From NCBI RefSeq assembly GCF_000354175.2, contig NC_022349.1:2670001-2702000 (forward strand): DNA of 32,000 nt, read 5' to 3'. Below are positions 18,375 through 27,251 of the stretch, piece after piece (position 1 is the first letter of the stretch; each line of letters begins with the position of its first letter). This stretch comes from Vibrio alginolyticus NBRC 15630 = ATCC 17749. GTDB taxonomy: Bacteria; Pseudomonadota; Gammaproteobacteria; Enterobacterales; Vibrionaceae. A program made the translations under genes and the position numbers. Under the pieces are notes generated by a model. That model saw nothing but the letters and a program-made list of their open reading frames with translations, was not told the origin of the DNA and did no database searches.

Positions 18375-19367
18375 GTGAAACCCACTCTAAATCTGATTGC
18401 CTTAGCTGCAATCGCCTCTACTTCAGCGTTTGCCGCTGAAAACACATTAACCATCTATACCTACGACTCTTTTGCCGCAGATTGGGGGCCGGGTCCTAAA
18501 ATCGAGCAAGCTTTTGAAGCAAAATGTGGCTGTGACGTTAACTTCGTGGCATTAGACGATGGTGTGTCGATCCTGAATCGTCTTCGTCTTGAAGGCGGTA
18601 ATAGCAAAGCCGACATCGTGTTAGGTTTGGATAACAATCTGATGGCAGAAGCGAAGAAAACCGGTCTGCTTGCCGAGCACAATGTGGATACGGCTAACAC
18701 AGTGTTACCAAACGGTTGGAGTGACACGACGTTTGTACCGTACGATTACGGCTACTTCGCGTTTGTGTACAACAAAGAGAAACTGGCTAATCCGCCGAAA
18801 AGCATGAAAGAGCTGGTGGAAACGCGCGACGATCTGAAAGTGATTTACCAAGATCCGCGGACTTCAACGCCGGGCCAAGGCTTAATGCTATGGATGAAAT
18901 CTATTTATGGCGACGATGTGACGCAAGCGTGGCAGAAGCTAGCGAGCAAAACCGTAACGGTCACGAAAGGTTGGTCTGAGGCGTATTCTATGTTCCTCAA
19001 TGGTGAGTCCGATTTAGTGCTTTCTTACACCACTTCACCTGCGTACCACTTAATTGCGGAAAACGATTCGAAGTTTGCTACGGCGAATTTTGCTGAAGGC
19101 CACTACATGCAAGTTGAAGTAGCCGCCAAAGTGAAAGGGGCAAAAAATTCAGAACTTGCTGATCAATTTATGAGTTTCATTTTAAGTGATGAGTTCCAAT
19201 CGGCGATGCCAACGGGTAACTGGATGTACCCAGTCACTGACGTTGAGTTACCTAAAGGTTTTGAAACTTTGAGTGTTCCAAGCAAGTCGTTGAGCTTTAG
19301 TGCTGATGAAGTGGCAAAAATGCGTAAGTCTTGGATTCGCGAATGGCAAAGCGCATTGACGTTTTAG
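18375..19367 (+). CDS. thiB: thiamine ABC transporter substrate-binding protein
   Basis: 330 aa with a GTG start after GGAGAG and signal peptide MKPTLNLIALAAIASTSAFA. It resembles the TbpA/ThiB family and is followed by thiP and thiQ. Confidence 0.9.
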   Translation: MKPTLNLIALAAIASTSAFAAENTLTIYTYDSFAADWGPGPKIEQAFEAKCGCDVNFVALDDGVSILNRLRLEGGNSKADIVLGLDNNLMAEAKKTGLLAEHNVDTANTVLPNGWSDTTFVPYDYGYFAFVYNKEKLANPPKSMKELVETRDDLKVIYQDPRTSTPGQGLMLWMKSIYGDDVTQAWQKLASKTVTVTKGWSEAYSMFLNGESDLVLSYTTSPAYHLIAENDSKFATANFAEGHYMQVEVAAKVKGAKNSELADQFMSFILSDEFQSAMPTGNWMYPVTDVELPKGFETLSVPSKSLSFSADEVAKMRKSWIREWQSALTF

Positions 19368-19408
19368 CTGACGTTTCCATCCTCATCTGAATGAGATAGG
19401 TTTTACCT

Positions 19409-20995
19409 TTGAATTCTGTTCCAAAAATAGGTTTAGGGGTCGCGATGATCATCGCGACCTTTGTTATTTCTGCCCTAGGTGCTTTGATTGTTCAAGCCCC
19501 TTCACTTGATGTGTCTGTGGTATGGGGCGACCCGTACTATCAACATGTCACCAAGTTCAGTTTCTACCAAGCGTTTCTTTCCACATTGCTCAGTGTTGGC
19601 TTTGCCATTCCAGTAGCGCACGCACTTTCGCGTCGCCAATTTATTGGTAAATCATTACTGCTTAAGCTGTTTGCATCGACACTGGTTTTGCCGGTTTTGG
19701 TTGGTGTTTTTGGGCTGTTAGCGATTTATGGCAACAGTGGTTTGTTGGCGCAGTGGTTGCAAAGTTTCGACACTAAACTGCCATTCTCTATTTACGGTTT
19801 GAACGGCATTTTACTCGCCCATGTGTTCTTTAATTTACCTTACGCGGCACGATTGCTTCTGCAAGCCTTGGAGTCTATTCCTGCCGAGCAGCATAAGCTT
19901 TGCGCGCATCTTGGGATGAGCCATTGGGATAAGTTTCGTTGGGTAGAATGGCCGCGTTTAAGGCAGCAGCTTCCCCACGTTTGTGGGTTGGTGTTTATGT
20001 TGTGCTTTACCAGTTTTGCCACTGTAATGGCGTTGGGGGGCGGGCCAAAATCCACCACCATTGAATTGGCCATTTACCAAGCGATTAAGTTTGATTTTGA
20101 TTTACAAGCTGGGGCGTTATTGGCGCTGTGGCAGATGCTGTTATGTGGACTGCTTGCTATTGGAGTGCAGAAGTTAACAAGGCCTGTTTCTATCAGTGCT
20201 GGAAGCACATCGGTACAGCAATATTTAACGAAGGATCATGGGTGGTCAAAAGCTTGGGATAGCTTTTGGATCATAGGTGCCTTTTTACTGGTAATACCGC
20301 CGTTATTGATGGTGTTACTGAGTGGCATCAACCAACAAGTTTGGACAGTATTAACCGATGAGCGTTTTTGGTCTGCGCTATTGAACTCCCTCAAAGTCGC
20401 CTGTGTCGCTAGCGCGCTTGCGGTCGCTGCAGGGGTGTCCATACTATTGACCAGTCGCCGTTGGCGGTTGCAGTACAAAAACACGCGAGCCGATCAGATT
20501 GAGTTAATCGGCACCGTTATTTTGGTGACTCCAGGTCTGGTGATTAGCACCGGTTTATTCTTACTACTGCGCGCATTTACCGATGTTTTTAGCTTGGCAT
20601 TTTTTGTCGTGATTTTGGTGAACGGTTTGATGGCTTTGCCTTACGTGATCAAAACGCTAGCGCAGCCAATGCTGCACATTGAACAACAGTATCAGTATGT
20701 ATGTGCCAGCTTAGGCATGCGTGGCTGGCAACGGTTTAAAGTGGTGGAGTGGCAGGCGCTACGCAAGCCGTTTGCACATGCGTTTGCGATCAGCTTTATG
20801 TTTGCAATAGGGGATTTAAGTGCCATAGCACTGTTTGGTGGACAAGAGTTTCGTACCTTACCTCTGTATTTGTTCCAGTTGCTTGGCAGTTATCAGATGG
20901 ACGCAGCTGCGGTGGTATCGGTGACCCTATTGTTGTTGAGTGTGGGCTGTTTTGCCTTGATTGAGAAAGTATTGAAAACGAAGGAGAGAGCGTAA
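19409..20995 (+). CDS. thiP: thiamine ABC transporter permease (duplicated BPD-type membrane domain)
   Basis: 528 aa, polytopic, with two permease repeats. The stop overlaps the thiQ start (TAATG at 20993-20997). The TTG start at 19409 is uncertain. Confidence 0.9.
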   Translation: MNSVPKIGLGVAMIIATFVISALGALIVQAPSLDVSVVWGDPYYQHVTKFSFYQAFLSTLLSVGFAIPVAHALSRRQFIGKSLLLKLFASTLVLPVLVGVFGLLAIYGNSGLLAQWLQSFDTKLPFSIYGLNGILLAHVFFNLPYAARLLLQALESIPAEQHKLCAHLGMSHWDKFRWVEWPRLRQQLPHVCGLVFMLCFTSFATVMALGGGPKSTTIELAIYQAIKFDFDLQAGALLALWQMLLCGLLAIGVQKLTRPVSISAGSTSVQQYLTKDHGWSKAWDSFWIIGAFLLVIPPLLMVLLSGINQQVWTVLTDERFWSALLNSLKVACVASALAVAAGVSILLTSRRWRLQYKNTRADQIELIGTVILVTPGLVISTGLFLLLRAFTDVFSLAFFVVILVNGLMALPYVIKTLAQPMLHIEQQYQYVCASLGMRGWQRFKVVEWQALRKPFAHAFAISFMFAIGDLSAIALFGGQEFRTLPLYLFQLLGSYQMDAAAVVSVTLLLLSVGCFALIEKVLKTKERA

Positions 20996-21699
20996 TGTTA
21001 GTGTTGGATGATGTGCAGTACACCTACCAACGTGAACTGTTTCGTTTTGACTTAACGATTGAGCAAGGACAGATTGTGTCGCTGATGGGACCAAGTGGGG
21101 CAGGGAAGTCAACCTTGCTGGCGTTGGTGGCAGGATTCATCCATCCTGACCGTGGTGATATTTGTGTTGATGGTGAGTCCATTGTGCGTAAAGAGCCTTA
21201 TCTGCGTCCGTTCTCTATGTTGTTCCAAGAGCACAATTTGTTTGCTCACTTATCGGTGCGTGACAACATCGGTTTGGGCTTACACCCAGGGCTAAAGCTT
21301 ACGGTGGACCAAAATCGTCAGATTGAACAAGCCGCGCAGCAAGTTGGTGTTGCAGAGTACCTCGACCGTTTGCCAGAGCATCTTTCTGGTGGCCAGCGTC
21401 AACGTGTTGCCTTAGCGCGTTGTTTTGTTCAGCCTCATCCCATGTGGCTATTGGATGAGCCGTTCTCGGCGCTTGATCCGGTGTTGCGTGAAGAGATGCT
21501 GAGCTTGGTAAAAAAACTCGCAGCAGAGCGGGGAATAACTGTATTGATGGTCACGCACCATTTAAGCGATGCCAAAGCGATTGCCAGCCACTTTGTGTTT
21601 GTGGCAGATGGTAAAGTGGAAGCCGCGGGTGATATGTCTGCATTGAGTGAACAGCATGCTAGTGAGAAGCTTGCGGCATTTATCCGAGCAGCATGCTAG
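20995..21699 (+). CDS. thiQ: thiamine ABC transporter ATP-binding protein
   Basis: 234 aa with Walker A GPSGAGKST, signature LSGGQRQR and Walker B LLDEPFSALD. Confidence 0.93.
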   Translation: MLVLDDVQYTYQRELFRFDLTIEQGQIVSLMGPSGAGKSTLLALVAGFIHPDRGDICVDGESIVRKEPYLRPFSMLFQEHNLFAHLSVRDNIGLGLHPGLKLTVDQNRQIEQAAQQVGVAEYLDRLPEHLSGGQRQRVALARCFVQPHPMWLLDEPFSALDPVLREEMLSLVKKLAAERGITVLMVTHHLSDAKAIASHFVFVADGKVEAAGDMSALSEQHASEKLAAFIRAAC

Positions 21700-21717
21700 T
21701 GCCTGATAGTTGCTAGG

Positions 21718-22671
21718 TTATGCTTCTCCGCAACACAAACCATGCCGAGGGCCAAATTCAAATTGAGATCTTAAGCTCATGATATGGTCAATCATTGCTT
21801 GTACACGCCGTGGGCGGTTTGCTCCAGGACGATACACTAAATAAATAGGCATTGGTACCGTGTGCCATTGCGGTAACACTCTGACTAAGGTGCCACTTTC
21901 TAGCTCTTGCGTCATGTTCTGCACAGGTAAGTTAGCGATGCCTAGTCCTTTAAGTGCGCCTTTCAATATTGCTTCTACAGTTGTACTTGAGAAGTTACTG
22001 GTTATTGAAACATTGACGGTATTATCGTGTGAGATCAGCGTCCAAGGTCCTATTTCTGAAACATATTGATACCTCAAACAGTTATGTTTTGTCAGGTCTT
22101 CTGGCGTTTCAGGTACGCCGAACTCAGCTAAATACTCAGGGCTAGCAGCCAGGACTCGAGTGGTATAGCCTAATTTTTTCGCGATTAATCGATCATCAAC
22201 TATCTGACCGACTCTAATTGCCATATCAAAGCCGTGTGAAAACAGATCAACAAAATCGTTCGATGCTTCTAACGCAATTTGTACTTTTGGCCATTGTTTT
22301 AAAAATGGCAAAAAGATGTGCTCCGCCATATACGCATCCAACGCTGGTGGCGCGGAAATACGCAGCCGGCCTTGGATCTGTTGTTCCATCTCCTGAACGT
22401 CATGGCCAATTGAGTGGAATTCCTCAACTAAGCTTGCAGCACGCTCTAAAACCATTTGGCCAGCTTCGGTGATCACTAACTTTCGGGTTGTGCGCTCTAG
22501 CAGTTTGGCTTCAAAGTGTTGTTCGAGTTTGGTTATGGCTTTGCTAACAGTAGATTTTGGTAGGTTTAACTCCAGTGCGCACTTGGTTAAGCTCAGTAGT
22601 CGACAGCTTGTGACAAAGATAGAAAGCGTTCTAAAGTCAATTGTTTCTAAATTGCGAACAATCACTTTCAA
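21718..22671 (-). CDS. LysR-family transcriptional regulator
   Basis: 317 aa. N-terminal wHTH (FRTLSIFVTSCRLLSLTKCALELNLPKSTVSKAITKLEQ) plus a LysR substrate-binding domain. It is divergent from the OYE reductase gene. The TTG start at 22671 is uncertain; GTG at 22665 is an alternative. Confidence 0.88.
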   Translation of the reverse strand: MKVIVRNLETIDFRTLSIFVTSCRLLSLTKCALELNLPKSTVSKAITKLEQHFEAKLLERTTRKLVITEAGQMVLERAASLVEEFHSIGHDVQEMEQQIQGRLRISAPPALDAYMAEHIFLPFLKQWPKVQIALEASNDFVDLFSHGFDMAIRVGQIVDDRLIAKKLGYTTRVLAASPEYLAEFGVPETPEDLTKHNCLRYQYVSEIGPWTLISHDNTVNVSITSNFSSTTVEAILKGALKGLGIANLPVQNMTQELESGTLVRVLPQWHTVPMPIYLVYRPGANRPRRVQAMIDHIMSLRSQFEFGPRHGLCCGEA

Positions 22672-22757
22672 TTATCCATATTGTTTCAATATTAATCTGA
22701 TTATAGTCTGGCACCTCATCCTTAGCCATCAAGTTATTGTCATTTGAGGTAAACAAC

Positions 22758-23834
22758 ATGTCCAACTCTGTAGACTTATTTTCTCCTATCGAACTCGGTC
22801 AATTAGCATTAGATAACCGTGCCATTATGGCGCCTTTAACGCGAGCTCGTGCTGGTGCGGACCATATTCCTAATGACCTTATGGTTGAATACTACGCTCA
22901 ACGTGCGAGTGCCGGACTTATCATTGCTGAATGCACCATGGTGATGGAAGGTACGTCTGCTTTCATGGCAGAGCCGGGCATTTACAGCGAAGAGCAAATC
23001 GCAGCTTGGAAAAAGGTAACGGATGCGGTTCATGAGAGAGGCGGTAAGATTGTACTGCAAATTTGGCATGCGGGACGAGCTTGTCATCCTGATCTGAATG
23101 AAGGAAAAACACCTGTAGCGGCGAGCGCATTGGCCATTCGTGATGAATTAGTCCATACCCCTTCGGGTAAGCAAGCATATACGGTACCACGAGCACTCGA
23201 AGTGGATGAGATAGCTTCCATTGTTGCGGCGTTTAAACAAGGTGCAGAAAACGCCAAGAAAGCCGGCTTTGATGGGGTCGAGATACATGGCGCCAATGGT
23301 TATCTTATTGATAACTTCCTTCGTGACGGTTCAAATTTACGTACCGATGAATACGGTGGCTCGGTTGAAAATCGTGCTCGATTTTTACTTGAGATAGTGA
23401 AAGAAGTCGTTGAGGTGTGGGGACCTGGAAGAGTCGGTCTGCGTACATCTCCGCTAAATGGATTTAATGACATGAAAGACAGTGATCCAGTTGGCTTGGT
23501 GAGTTACTTAGCAGAGCAACTTAATTCTTTCGATCTTGCTTATTGGCACGTGATGCGTGCGGATCTGAAAGGCGTACAAAAAGCAGATGTTCTCAAGCCA
23601 GCACGCGAAAACTATCAAGGTCACTTAATGGCGAACGTGGGCTACAGTGCACAAGAAGCGGCAACAGCAATTGCAGAAAACAAAGTTGATGTGGTCGCAT
23701 TTGGCGTTCCCTTTATCGCAAACCCAGATTTAGTTGAGCGATTTAAGAAAAATGCACCTCTTAATGAGGCGAAACCAGAACATTTTTATTTGGGTGGAGC
23801 AGAAGGTTATACCGATTACCCAGTGATGGCATAA
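22758..23834 (+). CDS. Old Yellow Enzyme family NADH:flavin oxidoreductase / alkene reductase (NemA-like)
   Basis: A GAGGT SD lies 7 nt before ATG22758. It aligns by eye with E. coli NemA along its length (MAPLTRARA, HGANGYLIDNFL, RTDEYGGSVENRARF, GGAEGYTDYP). Confidence 0.9.
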   Translation: MSNSVDLFSPIELGQLALDNRAIMAPLTRARAGADHIPNDLMVEYYAQRASAGLIIAECTMVMEGTSAFMAEPGIYSEEQIAAWKKVTDAVHERGGKIVLQIWHAGRACHPDLNEGKTPVAASALAIRDELVHTPSGKQAYTVPRALEVDEIASIVAAFKQGAENAKKAGFDGVEIHGANGYLIDNFLRDGSNLRTDEYGGSVENRARFLLEIVKEVVEVWGPGRVGLRTSPLNGFNDMKDSDPVGLVSYLAEQLNSFDLAYWHVMRADLKGVQKADVLKPARENYQGHLMANVGYSAQEAATAIAENKVDVVAFGVPFIANPDLVERFKKNAPLNEAKPEHFYLGGAEGYTDYPVMA

Positions 23835-23857
23835 CCCTTACTTGTTTAATATAAAAA

Positions 23858-23877
23858 GGACGCTAATGTTAGCGTCC
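23858..23877. terminator. bidirectional Rho-independent terminator (OYE gene / usp gene)
   Basis: ggacgcta (23858-23865) pairs with tagcgtcc (23870-23877). The stem is flanked by aaaaa on the left and ttttt on the right. Confidence 0.78.
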
Positions 23878-23897
23878 TTTTTCGTTTCTGTATTTAC

Positions 23898-24335
23898 TTA
23901 GCCTTGCGGTTTTACGACCATCACATTGATTGGAGAATATTCCACAACCTTACTCGCGACAGAGCCAAGCATTACTTTATTGATTTTAGAGCGCTTGTGG
24001 CTTGGCATAATGATGAGATCTGCGCCTAAACGTTCTGCATAATCAAGAATGGTCGCGTAGGCCTTGCCTTCAGCAACATGCACTTGGTAAACCACATCTT
24101 CAGCAATATGCTCATTAGCGAAAGCTTTTAGTTGCTGCTTCACGTCTTGCTTCATTTTGGCCGCAGCATCTTTCGGAAAGTATGTGGCAACCATCGACAT
24201 GTGAATACCAGGTAGTACCGTCAGAAGATGGATTTGAGCATTTGCTTGCTTTGCCTGCCAAACCGCTAGTTCAACCGCTCGGTCTGAAAAGCCTTGGTCA
24301 TTTAGATCAACCGGAACAAGAATTTGTTTGTACAT
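23898..24335 (-). CDS. universal stress protein (Usp, ATP-binding-type motif)
   Basis: 145 aa: MYKQILVPVDLND... with C-terminal MLGSVASKVVEYSPINVMVV (G-x2-G-x9-GS-type motif). It starts 45 nt downstream of the TRAP permease stop on the same strand. Confidence 0.88.
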   Translation of the reverse strand: MYKQILVPVDLNDQGFSDRAVELAVWQAKQANAQIHLLTVLPGIHMSMVATYFPKDAAAKMKQDVKQQLKAFANEHIAEDVVYQVHVAEGKAYATILDYAERLGADLIIMPSHKRSKINKVMLGSVASKVVEYSPINVMVVKPQG

Positions 24336-24380
24336 TCAATGTCTCTCATTAAGGCCCCTTTATCCTCGGGGCCAAATCGG

Positions 24381-26960
24381 TTATGCGCTCAATTGTTCCT
24401 TACGAGCACGACGTTTTTGGTTCATGGCAAGCACCAGCAAAATCATTAAGCATGGTACAAACACCCACTCTTTCATCGGACGGTCTGCATCCTGGATAAC
24501 CCACTTGATTTCCCAATCAAAGTCGATACCTGCGGACTCTGCTGGACTACCAAATTCAACCATATCGACAATCATTTTGTTGTCACTTTCGGTCAGCATC
24601 AGACCCATAGATGAAATACGTGCGTCTGCTGTTGTCGCACTGTCTTCGAATGGAAGACGAACCGTTTTCTCAATGTAGTCGCCCTCAAGGTTTTCACCGG
24701 CAACACGTAACTCCAATGATTCTCCTACATTTAGTGTTTCCGTGATTTGAGCTACCTCAACGCCAGGAGAAAGAACTTTCGCTGGGTACAGCATGTCCCA
24801 CCAAAAACCTGGACGGAAAAACGAAAACGTCAGTACTAATAATAGGACTGTTTCCCACCACTTGTTACGCGTGAACCACCACCCTTGAGTTGCCGCAGAG
24901 AATATCAGCATTGCAATGATCGATGAGATGACCGTGAGTGCCAAATGCCACCAAGAGTCGATCCCCATTAACAATAACTGGGTATTGAACACAAACATGA
25001 ACGGCAAAATAGCGGTTCGAATATCGTAAGTAAAACCTTGGATACCGGTACGAATTGGATCTGATTTCGCAATTGCGGCTGCTGCAAAAGCTGCAAGACC
25101 TACAGGTGGGGTATCGTCGGCCAAAATACCAAAGTAGAAAACGAACAAGTGCACCGCTATCAACGGAATAATCAAGCCATGCGCCGCGCCGAGCGTAACA
25201 ATAACCGGCGCCATTAGCGTAGAGACCACGATGTAGTTCGCCGTTGTTGGCAGACCCATCCCCAGAACCAAGCTAATGATGGCGGTAAACAGCAGCATAA
25301 GAATGATACTGCCACCAGAGATAAACTCGACGAAGTCGGTCATCACTAGGCCGATACCCGTTAGTGTAACAACACCAACAACGGTGCCCGCTGCCGCGGT
25401 TGCAACGCCGATACCAATCATATTACGCGCACCAGAAACTAAGCTCTCGGCAAGATCGACAAAGCCATCTTTGGTTTGCTGAAGCATGTCACCTTGCTTT
25501 GACAGCAGTGCAATCAACGGACGTTGAGTCAGCAAAATGAAAATCATGAACACCGTTGCCCAGAATGCCGAAAGGCCAGGTGAGAAACGTTCGACAGTCA
25601 AACACCAAACCAATACGACGATAGGGAGTAGGTAGTGCAAGCCTGACTTAACGGTTGGGCCAGGATCAGGTACTTCTGTTAATTCTGCATCAATCTCAAT
25701 TGCGCCATCTTGCACGTGATTTGCTGAGACTTTCACCAACCCAACGTACGCGATTAATAGTGCGACGGTAACAATTGGTGTCGCGGCATCGCCAAAGACG
25801 TCCTTTGTCCAACCCACTCCGTAGTAAACCAATGCGCTGATCACACACAATCCTAAGATTGTGCCAGTAAAGGACAGCAGACTTTGTACTAGTGTTGGGT
25901 TGTGGCGACGAGGAAGGCCTGTCATGCCTGCTTTACATGCTTCAAGGTGAACAATGTAAATTAAAGCAATATAAGAGATTAGCGCTGGAAGTAGGGCAGC
26001 TTTAATCACCTCAACGTAGGAGATACCGACGTATTCCACCATCAAAAATGCTGCTGCACCCATGATTGGCGGTGTTAACTGACCATTGGTTGAAGCCGCT
26101 ACCTCTACCGCACCCGCTTTTGTGCCGGGAAAGCCAACACGCTTCATCAGTGGAATGGTAAAGGTGCCAGTTGTTACTACGTTTGCGATTGAAGAACCAG
26201 AAACCAGACCAGATAAACCTGATGCAACAACGGCCGCTTTAGCTGGACCACCTTTCATATGGCCAAGCAACGAGAAGGCAACTTTAATGAAGTAAGCACC
26301 AGCACCAGCGCGTTCCAGCATTGCTCCAAACAATACAAACAAGAAGACAAAAGAGGTAGAAACACCTAGCGCAACTCCAAATACGCCTTCAGTTGTTAGC
26401 CACAAGTGAGACATGGCCTTGTTCAAGCTTGCCCCTTTGTGCGCGATAACGTCAGGCATGTAAGGGCCTGCAAAGGTGTAAGTAAGGAAAACAGCAGCCA
26501 CGACCATTAATGGTGGACCAAGTGCTCGGCGTGTTGCTTCTAAAAGGAGGAGCATACCGATAACAGCAACAACGATATCAACTGTTGTCGGTGCGCCTGA
26601 GCGTCCTGCTAGCTCGGTATAAAAAAGGTATATATAGGCTGCTGAAAAGCTGCCAGCCAACGCGAGTATCCAATCAACAAGAGGGATATGATCGCGAGGA
26701 GAATTCTTCATCGCTGGATAAGCAGTGAAAGCCAAAAAGATCGCGAAAGTAAGGTGGATAGATCGCGCTTCCGTGTCGTTCAGTACGCCAAAATTGAAAA
26801 TAAATGGTAACGGGGATGCGTACCATAATTGAAATAGTGACCAACACAGAGGAACAAACCAAAGGATTCGTCCTTGCATTCCCGAAGGGCTACGTGCACC
26901 TGTGTCTGCCTGAGCCACCATTTCTTGCACATCTTGTGACGGAGCTTGATTCGTCGCCAT
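24381..26960 (-). CDS. TAXI-type TRAP transporter fused (4TM/12TM) permease with a C-terminal extra domain (DUF3394-like)
   Basis: Starting at ATG26960 (AAGGAAAAA SD) gives 859 aa. The track ORF adds 17 unsupported codons. The body is a highly polytopic DctQ/DctM-like fusion. The last ~131 aa are a soluble segment plus one terminal TM. Confidence 0.9.
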   Translation of the reverse strand: MATNQAPSQDVQEMVAQADTGARSPSGMQGRILWFVPLCWSLFQLWYASPLPFIFNFGVLNDTEARSIHLTFAIFLAFTAYPAMKNSPRDHIPLVDWILALAGSFSAAYIYLFYTELAGRSGAPTTVDIVVAVIGMLLLLEATRRALGPPLMVVAAVFLTYTFAGPYMPDVIAHKGASLNKAMSHLWLTTEGVFGVALGVSTSFVFLFVLFGAMLERAGAGAYFIKVAFSLLGHMKGGPAKAAVVASGLSGLVSGSSIANVVTTGTFTIPLMKRVGFPGTKAGAVEVAASTNGQLTPPIMGAAAFLMVEYVGISYVEVIKAALLPALISYIALIYIVHLEACKAGMTGLPRRHNPTLVQSLLSFTGTILGLCVISALVYYGVGWTKDVFGDAATPIVTVALLIAYVGLVKVSANHVQDGAIEIDAELTEVPDPGPTVKSGLHYLLPIVVLVWCLTVERFSPGLSAFWATVFMIFILLTQRPLIALLSKQGDMLQQTKDGFVDLAESLVSGARNMIGIGVATAAAGTVVGVVTLTGIGLVMTDFVEFISGGSIILMLLFTAIISLVLGMGLPTTANYIVVSTLMAPVIVTLGAAHGLIIPLIAVHLFVFYFGILADDTPPVGLAAFAAAAIAKSDPIRTGIQGFTYDIRTAILPFMFVFNTQLLLMGIDSWWHLALTVISSIIAMLIFSAATQGWWFTRNKWWETVLLLVLTFSFFRPGFWWDMLYPAKVLSPGVEVAQITETLNVGESLELRVAGENLEGDYIEKTVRLPFEDSATTADARISSMGLMLTESDNKMIVDMVEFGSPAESAGIDFDWEIKWVIQDADRPMKEWVFVPCLMILLVLAMNQKRRARKEQLSA

Positions 26961-27204
26961 GTACTTTTTCCTTATTATTGATGGTCCTGTCTGATTTTTA
27001 TCGAGAACCACACTTCGCCTCTATCAGTGTAGTGAATGGAGCGAAGTTTGCTTTCGAGTATTTTGCTGCCTGAACTCAAAGTGTTGATTGTTGGATACTC
27101 TGTTAGGCGGCGTTTAAGTTTTCTTGGGTATGAGCTCGCAGTTTTCAGAAGAAAACTGGCGAATGAAGCATACAGTTAGAACGTGCTACAACCTGTATGC
27201 TCAA

Positions 27205-27233
27205 ACAGGCAGAAAATATTCTTTCCTGCCTGT
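27205..27233 (-). other. stem-loop (partial terminator or attenuator) just after the TAXI receptor gene
   Basis: acaggcag (27205-27212) pairs with ctgcctgt (27226-27233). On the minus strand the stem is followed by TTTGAG. It lies 19 nt after the receptor stop codon. Confidence 0.5.
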
Positions 27234-27251
27234 ATGTAGAGTCTGAGGAAA

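Noticed and set aside
26961-27011. N-terminal extensions of track ORFs: TRAP permease +17 aa, TAXI receptor +17 aa (28221-28271), ppa +16 aa (14670-14717), argR +17 aa (29097-29147), ispB +10 aa (31763-31792), zrgA +11 aa (5285-5317), OYE +7 aa (22737-22757), ytfP +2 aa
   Set aside because: In each case an internal ATG has a good SD. Those starts give a proper signal peptide or the length of the characterised orthologue. The upstream extensions begin at GTG/TTG codons without an SD.
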